Part shown: in pieces, positions 1 through 12,675 of the stretch
Position numbering within the stretch: the stretch's first letter is position 1
How the letters are laid out: every line of letters starts with the position of its first letter
NCBI GenBank assembly: GCA_965235115.1
Contig: OZ249446.1
Span: forward strand, 930,001-994,000
DNA length: 64,000 nucleotides
Direction: 5' to 3'
Source: Laetmonice hystrix
Taxonomy: Eukaryota
Translations under genes and position numbers: made by a program
Notes under the pieces: generated by a model
Told to the model about the DNA's origin: nothing
The model's database searches: none
Seen by the model: only the letters and a program-made list of their open reading frames with translations

Positions 1-508
1 GTAACACCAGTCTACGACCAGTGTAACACCAGTCTACGACCAGTGTAACACCGATATAATACCAGTGTAACACCAGTCTACGACTAGTGTAACACCAGTC
101 TACGACCAGTGTAACACCAGTCTACGACCAGTGTAACACCAGTCTACGACCAGTGTAACACCAGTCTACGACCAGTGTAACACCAGTCTACGACCAGTGT
201 AACACCAGTCTACGACCAGTGTAACACCAGTCTACGACCAGTGTAACACCAGTCTACGACCAGTGTAACACCAGTCTACGACCAGTGTAACACCAGTCTA
301 CGACCAGTGTAACACCAGTCTACGACCAGTGTAACACCAGTCTACGACCAGTGTAACACCAGTCTACGACCAGTGTAACACCAGTCTACGACCAGTGTAA
401 CACCAGTCTACGACCAGTGTAACACCAGTCTACGACCAGTGTAACACCAGTCTACGACCAGTGTAACACCAGTCTACGACCAGTGTAGCACCAGTCTACG
501 ACCAGTGT
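1..508. repeat. Minisatellite, 22-bp unit GTAACACCAGTCTACGACCAGT (runs off the window start)
   Basis: About 23 near-perfect tandem copies. Confidence 0.97.
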
Positions 509-1554
509 CATGTCGGACCTTGATTTAGTACCTTGATTTAGGATCCTTCAGGGTAGTTCACTGTTTTATGGAGAGCCATGACTTTCAATGATAAAAGCCG
601 ACTGAATTAATCTGATTTCTGAATACAACATCTGCCGGCCGTAGCCGCTTCACACAAAGGCGAACCTTCCGCAGCCCTATCACTAACACAAACGCTGACA
701 TGAATTGCTACTCCCTCCAGAAATAGTTTCCCGATAAAACGCCACCGGTTGGCAAACACCCCCTGTGTAATAAATGGTGGTTACGTTATGTATCCGCCAA
801 CCCCAGACACCACGATGTATTGAAGAGGTCAGTCTGGGACCTCTGCAACCAAACAACTGTGTTCAAACCTCCCACACACATTAATCCTAACGGGAAATGA
901 ATATGATCAAAAAGATTGTTATTTATCGTCACCAAGGATGGTTGGGAGAGATGGGGTACTAACAGAAACAACTATATGATAGGGACGCCTCTAGAGACAT
1001 AACCTGAGGTGGCATCGTATCTTTGACATATTAAATACACATGTACGTGGGTCAGTCCCGTCGGGTTGACCGACGAGCCACAAGTGTGAAGGTGATGCGT
1101 CATTTTTGAAGATGCACGTCAGGAAAAGCTATTTACAAACCTCATAAAGGTGTATTCATGTATGTCTAGAATTGAGAAGACATTGCTGTATTTTTAGGTT
1201 CCTCCTACGTACCTCGAGGAGAAATGAAATCGACAGCGTGTTTTCATCGATTACAATCTTCCAAAGCAGGCTCAGCAAACTGATCTCGATATTTCAAAAT
1301 GTCAACGCCCAAGTTTACTATAAAACACAGTCATCGCCATTTGAAAGCGGGCATTTGAAAGTTCAGTAAAGTAACTATTAGGACACGAGAGTCACCATTG
1401 TTGATTTACTTCCAAATGAAATTGGCTCGCAAGTTTCGTACTCCATTGATATCTGCAATTATTGGCAGGATTGCTGTAAGAATTAGACATATTACTTCTT
1501 AGACTCGCCTCTCTGTGAACTACAAACGCTGGAATGTTATAAATAAAAGATGTT

Positions 1555-1725
1555 GAGACTTGTATACGTGATGTTGATGACCTGTATACGTCATTTCGAT
1601 GACTTTTACACGTGATGTTGATGGTTTGTATACGCCATGTTGATGACTTGTATACGTCATGTTGATGACTTACGTCATGTTTATGAGTCTTGTATACGTC
1701 ATGTTGATGACTTACGTCATGTTAA
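1555..1725. repeat. Degenerate short tandem repeat (TGTATACGTCATGTTGATGAC core) just upstream of the 1749 splice acceptor
   Basis: The motif recurs about 7-8 times with variants. Confidence 0.75.
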
Positions 1726-1748
1726 TAAGGTGTTTGTTGTTGTTTCAG

Positions 1749-2290
1749 GGGCACGCAGACTCAGTGGCGGGTTCATCGCCGCCATTGCTATCGGCTCACT
1801 GGTGGGCGCCATCTTGGTTTGCTGCTGGATTAGCTCGGTCATCGAGTGCATTCAGCACATGTACAAGTATTGGTGCTCGTGTTGTCATGACAGCGATATC
1901 AATGACATCACCTTTACCACCACCGTGATTCCAAACCCCGGGGCCGACCCGACAACTATTGTTATTGCTGGAACGCTGCCCCCATCCTACTCGTCCATTT
2001 TCCGGAATGACGCAGCATTTTTCGCGGAAGCCAGCCAAACACCGACGGCGTCTTCTTACTCGAACGGAAATATACCTGTCCAACATACCAGCCAGGTACA
2101 AACAGTGGGTCCCCGGCCCCCGCCGATAAACGGAAATATTGTTGTCTCCCAGCATTGTCAACATTGTCAGTGTCAATGTCAGCGCCAACCACAACAACAT
2201 CAGCACCGACAACAGATACCGATGTCGCTACCATTACCGGACTACCCGCCACCTAGTTACGACCCTGCCAAAGACATACGATGGTGCTGA
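1749..2290 (+). CDS. Terminal coding exon of a single-pass membrane protein with a Cys-rich juxtamembrane region and a Pro/Gln-rich tail carrying two PPxY motifs (Shisa/CYYR1/TMEM92-like architecture)
   Basis: The acceptor is gtttgttgttgtttcag|G at 1748/1749. A hydrophobic helix LSGGFIAAIAIGSLVGAILVCCWI is followed by YKYWCSCC, LPPSY and YPPPSY, with TGA at 2288-2290. The ORF N-terminus (1637-1748) is intronic repeat. Upstream exons were not located. Confidence 0.7.
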
Positions 2291-2839
2291 CGTCAGTCAC
2301 ATACGTCATCTATACCATTGAATATTATGACGTCACTTATAACGCAAACTATTATGGAGACTGTGATCCCCTGGTCTAAAATATAACACACCACTACATC
2401 TAGATATACATAAACAAAACATATAGAAGATGCTACCTAGAAACAATTTGGATTGAGATGAAAGAAAGCTGGTATTTGAGCTAATAATTTTTATTCTCTA
2501 TTCTGCACCATATAAGAGTTTCTAATCAAGAATTGGCACATAAACAACGTCCAACATCAATCAAGATTTTATTAAAAACGTGATTTCTTGATTGTTAATA
2601 GGTTCATTAGTGCAGGTAACTATATATTGCCACATATTTCCCCATCTTCACCCATTCTTCCGCTGTCTGATATTAGTTCCCCTCTTTGTATGATATTCAT
2701 GTACGTATAATATATACAAAAGACGTACAAATACTACCAGTCGGTGCTAATCTTATACTAATTAATGTTAAATTGACAAGACAGCTCAATGAACCTTCTC
2801 TAGTCTATCATACAACACTATATCTGAAGACTTGCGCAG

Positions 2840-2885
2840 TAGGTCGGAACCGGAAGGTCAGGCCTGCCGCGGACCGGAAGTAGAT
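2840..2885. promoter_or_regulatory. Paired ETS (GABP-type) sites
   Basis: CCGGAAG at 2850-2856 and CCGGAAGT at 2874-2881, in a short GC-rich island. Confidence 0.3.
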
Positions 2886-2917
2886 GGTGTAGTAATTACC
2901 TAAAGCCTGATCATTTT

Positions 2918-3795
2918 AGGTCTGCTTCGTGGGGCAGGAACAGGTCTTGGGTCTGCTTCGTGGGGCAGGAACAGGTCTTGGGTCTGCTTCGTGGGGCAGG
3001 AACAAGTCTTGGGTCTGCTTCGTGGGGCAGGAACAGGTCTTGGGTCTGCTTCGTGGGGCAGGAACAGGTCTTGGGTCTGCTTACAGGTCTTGGTCTGCTT
3101 CGTGAGGCAGGGACAGGTCTTGGGTCTGCTTCGTGGGGCAGGAACAGGTCTTGGGTCTGCTTCGTGGGGCAGGAACAGGTCTTGGGTCTACTTCGTGAGG
3201 CAGGAACAAGTCTTGGGTCTGCTTCGTGAGGCAGGAACAGGTCTTGGTCTGCTTCGTGGGGCAGGAACAGGTCTTGGGTCTGCTTTATGAGGCAGGAACA
3301 GGTCTTGGCTCTGCTTCGTGGGGCAGGAACAGGTCTTGGGTCTGCTTCGTGGGGCAGGAACAGGTCTTGGGTTTGCTTACAGGTCTTGGCTCTGCTTCGT
3401 GGGGCAGGAACAGGTCTTGGGTCTGCTTCGTGGGGCAGGAACAGGTCTTGGCTCTGCTTCGTGGGGCAGGAACAGGTCTTGGGTCTGCTTCGCGAGGCAG
3501 GAACAGGTCTTAGGTCTGCTTCGTGGGGCAGGAACAGGTCTTAGGTCTGCTTCGTGGGGCAGGAACAGGTCTTAGGTCTGCTTTATGAGGCAGGAACAGG
3601 TCTTGGGTCTGCTTCGTGGGGCAGGAACAGGTCTTGGGTCTGCTTCGTGGGGCAGGAACAGGTCTTGGGTCTGCTTCGTGGGGCAGGAACAGGTGCTGGG
3701 TCTGCTTCGTGGGGCAGGAACAGGTCTTGGGTCTGCTTCGTGGGGCAGGAACAGGTCTTGGGTCTGCTTCGTGGGGCAGGAACAGGTCTTGGGTA
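2918..3795. repeat. Minisatellite, 31-bp unit GGGTCTGCTTCGTGGGGCAGGAACAGGTCTT
   Basis: About 28 copies with occasional truncated units. It explains the overlapping MGQEQVLG ORFs. Confidence 0.97.
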
Positions 3796-6606
3796 TACTG
3801 CGTGATCTGATACCTTAGTGAAGCATGTTAAACTCATGAAGATGTTGACATTCGTTACGGAAGGACACAAAGAAAGAGTCCTACAATCTGCACGAACGCG
3901 CCCACATTGATATCTCGCTGATAGACGTTGGCACGATTATTTAACGTTTATCAGACTTTGAATGATCATTCACGTTGATGTAGCCATAATGTTACTCGTG
4001 TTGTTACTGTGTCCATTTATATCTGGATGACGCCCCGTCCAAGACAGCCGGACTGCTGGTTGTCGTGGGTGCAGAGTTTAACAACATTGTTACTTGTACA
4101 TAATGTCAGCTCCACAATCGTTTTAGTGAATATATAATGTTACCAAGATGTGTATCGCAACATGTGATGCTTCAGCCTGACTGATGGACGCAGCACGGGA
4201 AGGAATGAAGTGATACCTTCGTGTTCTGTAATCTGTCGGTCAATTGATCATGTAGATACACCTCTCTGTGGGAATCTAGGAACACTTAATGACGGTTCAC
4301 AACTCCGGACCTCCCTCTCCAGGTATAAATAAGGGTCGATTTGAAATTTTAAAAAGGGAGGGATGCGAAAAGGGCACATTGACCCCCAGTAAGAGGGCCA
4401 ACAGGGTAACGTCTATCCACTAGATCAGGCTCGAAATTCTACTATAACGTTATCCTAACATCCCCGCCTACCGGTAAGTTCCTGATCCGGAGGAACCTTT
4501 AGGAGTTGTTAATATATCAGATTATATAAACATTATCTATTCTACTGCACGGTACAGAGTAGCATTGTTTTAATGATAAAAGAACTCGATGTTTTTTACC
4601 TAGATCTTAGACTCAAACGTGGACCAAACATACCAAAACACACAAATCTCTCCCTTATTCTCTACCATATTGATATATGTATATTTCGGTCATGCGTTTT
4701 AGCATAATGACACCGATGCACCATATCATATCGATGTTATCTTGTGTATGCACGGATGCTATCTTGTGTATGCACGGTATTCCCGTACTTTATCTCGCAC
4801 CAGTCTTCTAGCGTTGTAACGGGTATTGTAATGCACTTCAACCGACACCGCCAGGCTAACATGGCATATGAACGTGTTTCCGGTTTTTCATTGAGCCTTG
4901 TCCCGACAGATCGATCGCTCCATCCGTCATGCCTGCCACAGTTTCTACCAAACTCCGCGTCAACGTAAGGATGTCTGACTACAGACAAACTCTACCCGGT
5001 CTGATGGGATGCAGCCTGACTTTCTCCTCTCATTAAATACACTGTGTCCTGAAAACCATACCTAAAATGGCATTCACTGTCAAGTACACACTCTCTCCAT
5101 CAGAATACTTTCAGAAACCACTTTCTAAATGGTTCATTTCTCCAGCCAGTTCCCTCGGGCAATTGGTCAGATTGGCCAATTCTCCTCGACACCACTACCC
5201 TCTAGGGCAATTCCCCTTTCTGAAAATATCAACAATACCGAAGAACGGAAAGCAAATTATGATTATCGGGCTAAGACATTACAGTTTTCTGTTATTTTTG
5301 TATTACCGCCATTTTCGTTGATTCTATGTCGACGAAACATTCATTGAAGAAATATGGTCCTCGGGTGGAAATGTTTAAGCACTGTTGAAGATTAAACTCC
5401 CCTGAAACATAACCAGGGTGTCTATGCATATAAATTTCTTACAACGTGGTTAAACTGGTTAATTTTGGTTTCGCCCAATGACTTTTGACCGGATGTGTTT
5501 CTTTGTTAAAATATAAAGCGGCCTCAAGCTCGTTTCAATAAATGACGTGAGCATGTGTGAGGCTGATCCAGGGAATGCAAACAACGACAGTTAGTATCTG
5601 AGAACGGCATTGGGTGTGCCAGGTTACCCCTGCTCGGTTACCTCTGAAAGGTCGCCTTTAATTTGGACACCACATCATCTCAATGTAAAATGAATCAAGT
5701 CAAGTTTTATTTCACTATAAAATTAATTAATCGGTTGGCAGTTGGCAGGAACAACTATGCGGATATCCCATAAAAGAGAAGAAATGACAACTAACTATAA
5801 TGTCTAAAATTATTACTGCCTTGTATAAGTTGTGAACCATCAGGAGAGATACAATAACCACGGAGAAATTGATATCCAATTTCTGAGATATGCATATTAT
5901 AGTGGAAAGCCTGTTATGATAAAATGTGTGCTTCATGAAGGTTTACAGACTGGCTTGTTGCCATCCTCCATTGTATGCTGATCGCGCTGTAGCCTGGCAT
6001 CGTAACCACCTACCGAATAAATATATCTTCTTTTCTCACCTTGCTTTACGATTTGTCTATTCCTTGTATATTTGATGACATGCGTACATACCTTCTCATC
6101 CCCTATCAGTGGCTATTTCTACTAACTCAGGTTAACTAACGTTATCGTCCACACAAAATTTAAACAAACTATCCTCTATGACAAGAAATAATTATATAAA
6201 TAACACATCAGTGTGTAGCATGATAAGCAAACATTTATGAGAGGAGAATTGCCGTTTAAATTCAACTCATAAATCATATTGACTGGACTCTTCTTAGATG
6301 TCATATTTCCTGTCCTTTACAGCGATCGGTGCTGCATCCGTTTTCAACTTAGAAATTCTCGATAAAGTTAGTTATACTGATATGAAGACTGTCATTCTGT
6401 ACCAGTCTGAGAGGGCTAATGAACGTATTACTATATAAGGGGGAAAAGGGGTGGTCACATGCTAATTACCTACACTATATAAAGGAAAAGGGGCGTGGTC
6501 CTACACTGATTACTGCGCCTTGGCAGAGGGAGAGACAAGTGCACCACTAATGCAAAATGGAGAGATTTTCCTTTCGTGAGAGGTCCAATTGCCCTAAAGA
6601 TATCAT

Positions 6607-7191
6607 CTAATGAGTACTTACAACCCACTTCCTAATTACAGATAAGTGATAGGCAAGATAGAAAGTAAGTGCGGAGATAAACTGACTTGGGATGTACGAA
6701 TTGCGTGTAGATACTGGATTCCTGTCAGGATATCCTCGGTTTGCATAATGACAAAACATTGTGTTTGCGGTCAAACTCATCGTCTCTATATGACCTTGGC
6801 TGTTGTGGAGGCGTACCACCAAAATATAATTCCAAATCAATGTTTGCCCAGTTAGCTTCCTCAAAGTCTCGTATTTTGTCAATGAGGAGTAATTTGTTGG
6901 TGGAGGTTGTCTGCCAAAACGTCTAAGAACATGGTAGTCCTCTAGCTGTAGAGGTGTGAACGAGAATGAACATTTGACAGCCCAGAAATCGGAACCACCG
7001 CTACTGCCGCCCCAATAAACCATCCATCCCGGGGGTGAGAGTGCTGCATACGGTGCAGGAATCCCTGCTGGATCTCGTGCCGTGATGGAGGATCGGGTCG
7101 CCAGCTTCCATACCTGAGGGACTGGCCATGGATCACGTGGTATCCACATCTCCACACGCCACGCTCCTGTCACCTTGAGACAGTGTTTCAT
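6607..7191 (-). CDS. Uncharacterised 194-aa ORF in non-repetitive sequence (gene fragment, element remnant or chance ORF)
   Basis: It is ATG-initiated and the longest non-repeat ORF I cannot assign. A TATAAG lies about 35 nt upstream and a CRE cluster about 200 nt upstream. No family is recognisable. Confidence 0.25.
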   Translation of the reverse strand: MKHCLKVTGAWRVEMWIPRDPWPVPQVWKLATRSSITARDPAGIPAPYAALSPPGWMVYWGGSSGGSDFWAVKCSFSFTPLQLEDYHVLRRFGRQPPPTNYSSLTKYETLRKLTGQTLIWNYILVVRLHNSQGHIETMSLTANTMFCHYANRGYPDRNPVSTRNSYIPSQFISALTFYLAYHLSVIRKWVVSTH

Positions 7192-7369
7192 CCATTATTC
7201 ACCTTACAGAAAGCCCACAACCCTTATATCTTGCTGGGTGGCGAGCTACTGCCACCCTCGGCAAGCGGCAAGATGTCAGGCCCGTACACGTACACACATA
7301 CGAGCGGCTTATCGAGTCAGAGGAACACTGACAAGTGACAACTTATCGCCAGGTCAGCGGAACGCCCGC

Positions 7370-7435
7370 AGTCCACGTCTGACGTGTGACGTGCCATTAG
7401 ACGTGACGTCATGACGTGCGGTACGTCACGACAGA
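7370..7435. promoter_or_regulatory. Cluster of CRE/ATF-like sites
   Basis: A full TGACGTCA at 7404-7411, with several TGACGT/ACGTCA half-sites within about 60 bp. Confidence 0.4.
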
Positions 7436-7605
7436 CTGATCATCTAATCTGATCCATCCTCCGCGTTGGCCTGGTTCGGTTCGAGTCGGACCAGTTTGTG
7501 CTTTGTTCCTATCTTCGCGTCCCTTGGGGCACTAAACGTGGCGTATAGACTACACCAGATATATCACTACCCTACTACGGAGACCGTGGGGTCAACGGTA
7601 AGACA

Positions 7606-8290
7606 GGCGTGCTCAGAGACGGGATCCTGGTTCATATCAACCTCATGGTGCTCAGAGACGGAATCCTGGTTCATATCAACCTCATGGTGCTCAGAGACGG
7701 AATCCTGGTTCATATCAACCTCATGGTGCAGTAAACAAGGCACATTGTCATATCAACCTCATGGTGCTCAGAGACGGGATCCTGGTTCATATCAACCTCA
7801 TGGTGCAGTAAACAAGGCACATTGTCATATCAACCTCATGGTGCTCAGAGACGGGATCCTGGTTCATATCAACCTCATGGTGCTCAGAGACGGGATCCTG
7901 GTTCATATCAACCTCATGGTGCTCAGAGACGGGATCCTGGTTCATATCAACCTCATGGTGCTCAGAGACGGGATCCTGGTTCATATCAACCTCATGGTGC
8001 TCAGAGACGGGATCCTGGTTCATATCAACCTCATGGTGCTCAGAGACGGGATCCTGGTTCATATCAACCTCATGGTGCTCAGAGACGGGATCCTGGTTCA
8101 TATCAACCTCATGGTGCAGTAAACAAGGCACATTGTCATATCAACCTCATGGTGCTCAGAGACGGAATCCTGGTTCATATCAACCTCATGGTGCTCAGAG
8201 ACGGGATCCTGGTTCATATCAACCTCATGGTGCTCAGAGACGGAATCCTGGTTCATATCAACCTCATGGTGCAGTAAACAAGGCACATTG
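7606..8290. repeat. Minisatellite, 39-bp unit GTGCTCAGAGACGGGATCCTGGTTCATATCAACCTCATG, interspersed with a 36-bp variant (GCAGTAAACAAGGCACATTG)
   Basis: About 18 units. Variant units recur at about 7728, 7806, 8116 and 8270. Confidence 0.96.
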
Positions 8291-9366
8291 TCCGGGGTTC
8301 GTCGGCACACAACTCTCTCAACCTATATAAAATAAATCACCGAATATTTTAAAGTATATTTATTAATTCGTCAGTATCTAAATAAAACAAATATAAGTAG
8401 ACATCTCTAAGCGCATAAATATTTAATCCAGTTTATGTTGATATATACATAGATTTAGAAACGAATGTTTTAATCTGTGGATGATGATTTCCGAAGTTGA
8501 TGATATTGCGGCTACAGTCAGCTGCAGTTTCCTGCGTGGATTTGTCCGTAATCCGCCTGTCTGTCGGCCATGTTGGAGTGAAGGTCACGTGACCGGATGC
8601 CATATATTTCCCCGCTGTCGTCCTGGTTTACGGGCCGTGACAGTAACGTGTAACTTCTGTCAACAGTTTCCTTCTATAAATCCTCTTCCAAAGAATCGTA
8701 CGACCATGACGTATATGAACAGGTTGGTTTGGGTTGGCACGGGTGACGAAGACGTAAAGCCCTACCCAGACCTGTCCCTCGGCCATACAACTCAAAGCCT
8801 CATTAAATCCCGTCAATTCTTGAAGGTCTCGCGAGAGCAGTAAATACCCGGTGTGGCGTCTGAGGTCAGCGCCGGTCAGTGTAATTCTCTTAGATGACAT
8901 GTTCCTTGGCGGACCTGCCGTGTTACTTTGAGGTCGGCTCTTCGTGTGCCCTTTGAACTACGTGCAGGTCTTCCAATACATTGCTCACCCAGCGAGTTTA
9001 ATGGCGGTGATGGGGGTCGTCTGTAGCGAGAGGTGACCGCCCGATTTAATACGGAAAGATTCACTTTGTGGGCAGCTTGTTCAGGTCCGGACGAACGGAC
9101 TTCGAACTGGTAAGATCGATCTGTCCACGTAATTCCTAACAAGCCTCACTACTTGTAGGGGTTCACAGCCACTTTACGGCGACGCTTGTAGATAAAGACA
9201 GCTCTGGGGGCACAGGAACCCCCCCCCCCCCCCACACACACTACCTTCCCGTCCTCAACATGTTATCTGAAGGTCTTCCGTCAGTATTATCGATTCATTA
9301 CATCCCTGATAATATTTCCCGGAGAGATTTCAACAGTTCTGTGCCGGTGTGGTCGCTGTCCGACTA

Positions 9367-9849
9367 AAGCTGCGTTCACACTGGGGGTTTATACCGAATC
9401 GAAATCGAAATAAGGCGTTATTCCACTTCGGTACGTCACACTTGAATCGGCACAAAACCATTTTGTACCGCTCTAGCGAAACCAGTTACTTGTGTCGACT
9501 TCGATGCGCCACAACAGTAGCGATACAGCTACGCCGCAATACAATCTGAGTGTGACGCACTTATTCCGCAACAGGCTGTAAAACGTGATGACTCATCAAG
9601 TTTATCTTCGTATCCATGGGCGCATCCATCTTGGAATTGAATGACCTTCACCCCGATTGCAGTTCTTTATCTAAAGTATAGGTGGCGTGGTGTCTATTGC
9701 GGATTGAGTGTGACGCCGATCATTTCGGATCGATGTCGGATCGATGTCGGTTTCAACTGCAGTGTGACCCCAACCGAAATAGCGAAATCGTATTCGGTAT
9801 TTCGGTATAGGGAAGTCGGAACGAAGGCGTAACAAGTGTGAACGCAGCA
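9367..9849. mobile_element. About 480-bp non-autonomous TIR element (MITE, PIF/Harbinger-like termini) inserted in a satellite monomer
   Basis: Perfect 14-bp TIR: GCTGCGTTCACACT (9369-9382) and AGTGTGAACGCAGC (9835-9848). It is flanked by TA on both sides, has no ORF and carries internal GTGTGAC/TCACACT copies. Confidence 0.75.
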
Positions 9850-12430
9850 TATGGTTACAGCTAGTTCTGTGCCGGTGTGGTCGCTGTCCGACTATGGTTA
9901 CAGCTAGTTCTGTGCCGGTGTAGTCGCTGTCCGACTATGGTTACAGCTAGTTCTGTGCCGGTGTGGTCGCTGTCCGACTATGGTTACAGCTAGTTCTGTG
10001 CCGGTGTGGTCGCTGTCCGTCTATGGTTACAGCTAGTTCTGTGCCGGTGTGGTCGCTGTCCGACTATGGTTACAGCTAGTTCTGTGCCGGTGTGGTCGCT
10101 GTCCGACTATGGTCACAGCTAGTTCTGTGCCGGTGTGGTCGCTGTCTATGGTTACAGCTAGTTCTGTGCCGGTGTGGTCGCTGTCCGACTATGGTTACAG
10201 CTAGTTCTGTGCTGGTGTGGTCGCTGTCCGACTATGGTTACAGCTAGTTCTGTGCCGGTGTGGTCGCTGTTCGACTAGTTCTGTGCCGGTGTGGTCGCTG
10301 TCCGACTATGGTTACAGCTAGTTCTGTGCCGGTGTGGTCGCTGTCCGTCTATGGTTACAGCTAGTTCTGTGCCGGTGTAGTCGCTGTCCGACTATGGTTA
10401 CAGCTAGTTCTGTGCTGGTGTGGTCGGTGTCCGACTATGGTTACAGCTAGTTCTGTGCCGGTGTGGTCGCTGTCCGACTATGGTTACAGCTAGTTCTGTG
10501 CCGGTGTGGTCGCTGTCTATGGTTACAGCTAGTTCTGTGCTGGTGTGGTCGCTGTCCGACTATGGTTACAGCTAGTTCTGTGCCGGTGTAGTCGCTGTCC
10601 GACTATGGTTACAGCTAGTTCTGTGCCGGTGTGGTCGCTGTCCGACTATGGTTACAGCTAGTTCTGTGCCGGTGTGGTCGCTGTCCGTCTATGGTTACAG
10701 CTAGTTCTGTGCCGGTGTGGTCGCTGTCCGACTATGGTTACAGCTAGTTCTGTGCCGGTGTGGTCGCTGTCCGACTATGGTCACAGCTAGTTCTGTGCCG
10801 GTGTGGTCGCTGTCTATGGTTACAGCTAGTTCTGTGCCGGTGTGGTCGCTGTCCGACTATGGTTACAGCTAGTTCTGTGCCGGTGTGGTCGCTGTCCGAC
10901 TATGGTTACAGCTAGTTCTGTGCCGGTGTGGTCGCTGTCCGACTATGGTCACAGCTAGTTCTGTGCCGGTGTGGTCGCTGTCTATGGTTACAGCTAGTTC
11001 TGTGCCGGTGTGGTCGCTGTCCGACTATGGTTACAGCTAGTTCTGTGCTGGTGTGGTCGCTGTCCGACTATGGTTACAGCTAGTTCTGTGCCGGTGTGGT
11101 CGCTGTTCGACTAGTTCTGTGCCGGTGTGGTCGCTGTCCGACTATGGTTACAGCTAGTTCTGTGCCAGTGTGGTCGCTGTCCGTCTATGGTTACAGCTAG
11201 TTCTGTGCCGGTGTAGTCGCTGTCCGACTATGGTTACAGCTAGTTCTGTGCCAGTGTGGTCGCTGTCCGTCTATGGTTACAGCTAGTTCTGTGCCAGTGT
11301 GGTCGCTGTCCGTCTATGGTTACAGCTAGTTCTGTGCCGGTGTAGTCGCTGTCCGACTATGGTTACAGCTAGTTCTGTGCCAGTGTGGTCGCTGTCCGTC
11401 TATGGTTACAGCTAGTTCTGTGCCAGTGTGGTCGCTGTCCGTCTATGGTTACAGCTAGTTCTGTGCCAGTGTGGTCGCTGTCCGACTATGGTTACAGCTA
11501 GTTCTGTGCCAGTGTGGTCGCTGTCCGTCTATGGTTACAGCTAGTTCTGTGCCGGTGTGGTCGCTGTCCGACTATGGTTACAGCTAGTTCTGTGCCGGTG
11601 TGGTCGCTGTCTATGGTTACAGCTAGTTCTGTGCCGGTGTGGTCGCTGTCCGACTATGGTTACAGCTAGTTCTGTGCCGGTGTGGTCGCTGTCTATGGTT
11701 ACAGCTAGTTCTGTGCTGGTGTGGTCGCTGTCCGACTATGGTTACAGCTAGTTCTGTGCCGATGTTGTCGCTGTCCGACTATGGTTACAGATAGTTCTGT
11801 GCTGGTGTGGTCGCTGTCTATGGTTACAGCTAGTTCTGTGCCGGTGTGGTCGCTGTCCGACTATGGTTACAGCTAGTTCTGTGCCAGTGTGGTCGCTGTC
11901 CGACTATGGTTACAGATAGTTCTGTGCTGGTGTGGTCGCTGTCCGACTATGGTTACAGCTAGTTCTGTGCCGGTGTGGTCGCTGTCTATGGTTACAGCTA
12001 GTTCTGTGCCGGTGTGGTCGCTGTCCGTCTATGGTTACAGCTAGTTCTGTGCCGGTGTGGTCGCTGTCCGTCTATGGTTACAACTAGTTCTGTGCCGGTG
12101 TGGTCGCTGTCCGACTATGGTTACAGCTAGTTCTGTGCCGGTGTGGTCGCTGTCCGACTATGGTTACAGCTAGTTCTGTGCCGGTGTGGTCGCTGTTCGA
12201 CTATGGTTACAGCTAGTTCTGTGCCGGTGTGGTCGCTGTTCGACTATGGTTACAGCTAGTTCTGTGCTGGTGGGGTCGCTGTCTATGGTTACTGCTAGTT
12301 CTGTGCCGGTGTGGTCGCTGTCCGACTATGGTTACAGCTAGTTCTGTGCCGGTGTGGTCGCTGTCCGACTATGGTTACAGCTAGTTCTGTGCCGGTGTGG
12401 TCGCTGTCCGTCTATGGTTACAGCTAGTTC
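9850..12430. repeat. Satellite array, 43-bp unit CTATGGTTACAGCTAGTTCTGTGCCGGTGTGGTCGCTGTCCGA
   Basis: About 60 copies. A partial first monomer lies at 9335-9366, on the other side of the MITE. Confidence 0.98.
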
Positions 12431-12675
12431 CTATTTCTCTCGTCTGGTGCCTGTTACTGTTGCACATCTGATTTTTTTTACACCGTCTGGTCGATGATAG
12501 GGGGAGGTTTCGGTGACCTTCAGATTTAATGGTCATTAATTGTGTTAGAAGCGATCCTCTGTGAAAACAATGTGCCTGTCGTGTGTGGATCAGTGTTAGA
12601 TTTCACAGACACGTGACATGTCACTCCATCACGTGGTCGACCCTCCAGTTGCATTACCTGAAGTCGTCCCGTAAA

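Noticed and set aside
6730-6735. In-frame TGA in the alternative minus frame as selenocysteine
   Set aside because: There is no Cys/Sec redox motif context and no SECIS-like hairpin was recognised downstream.
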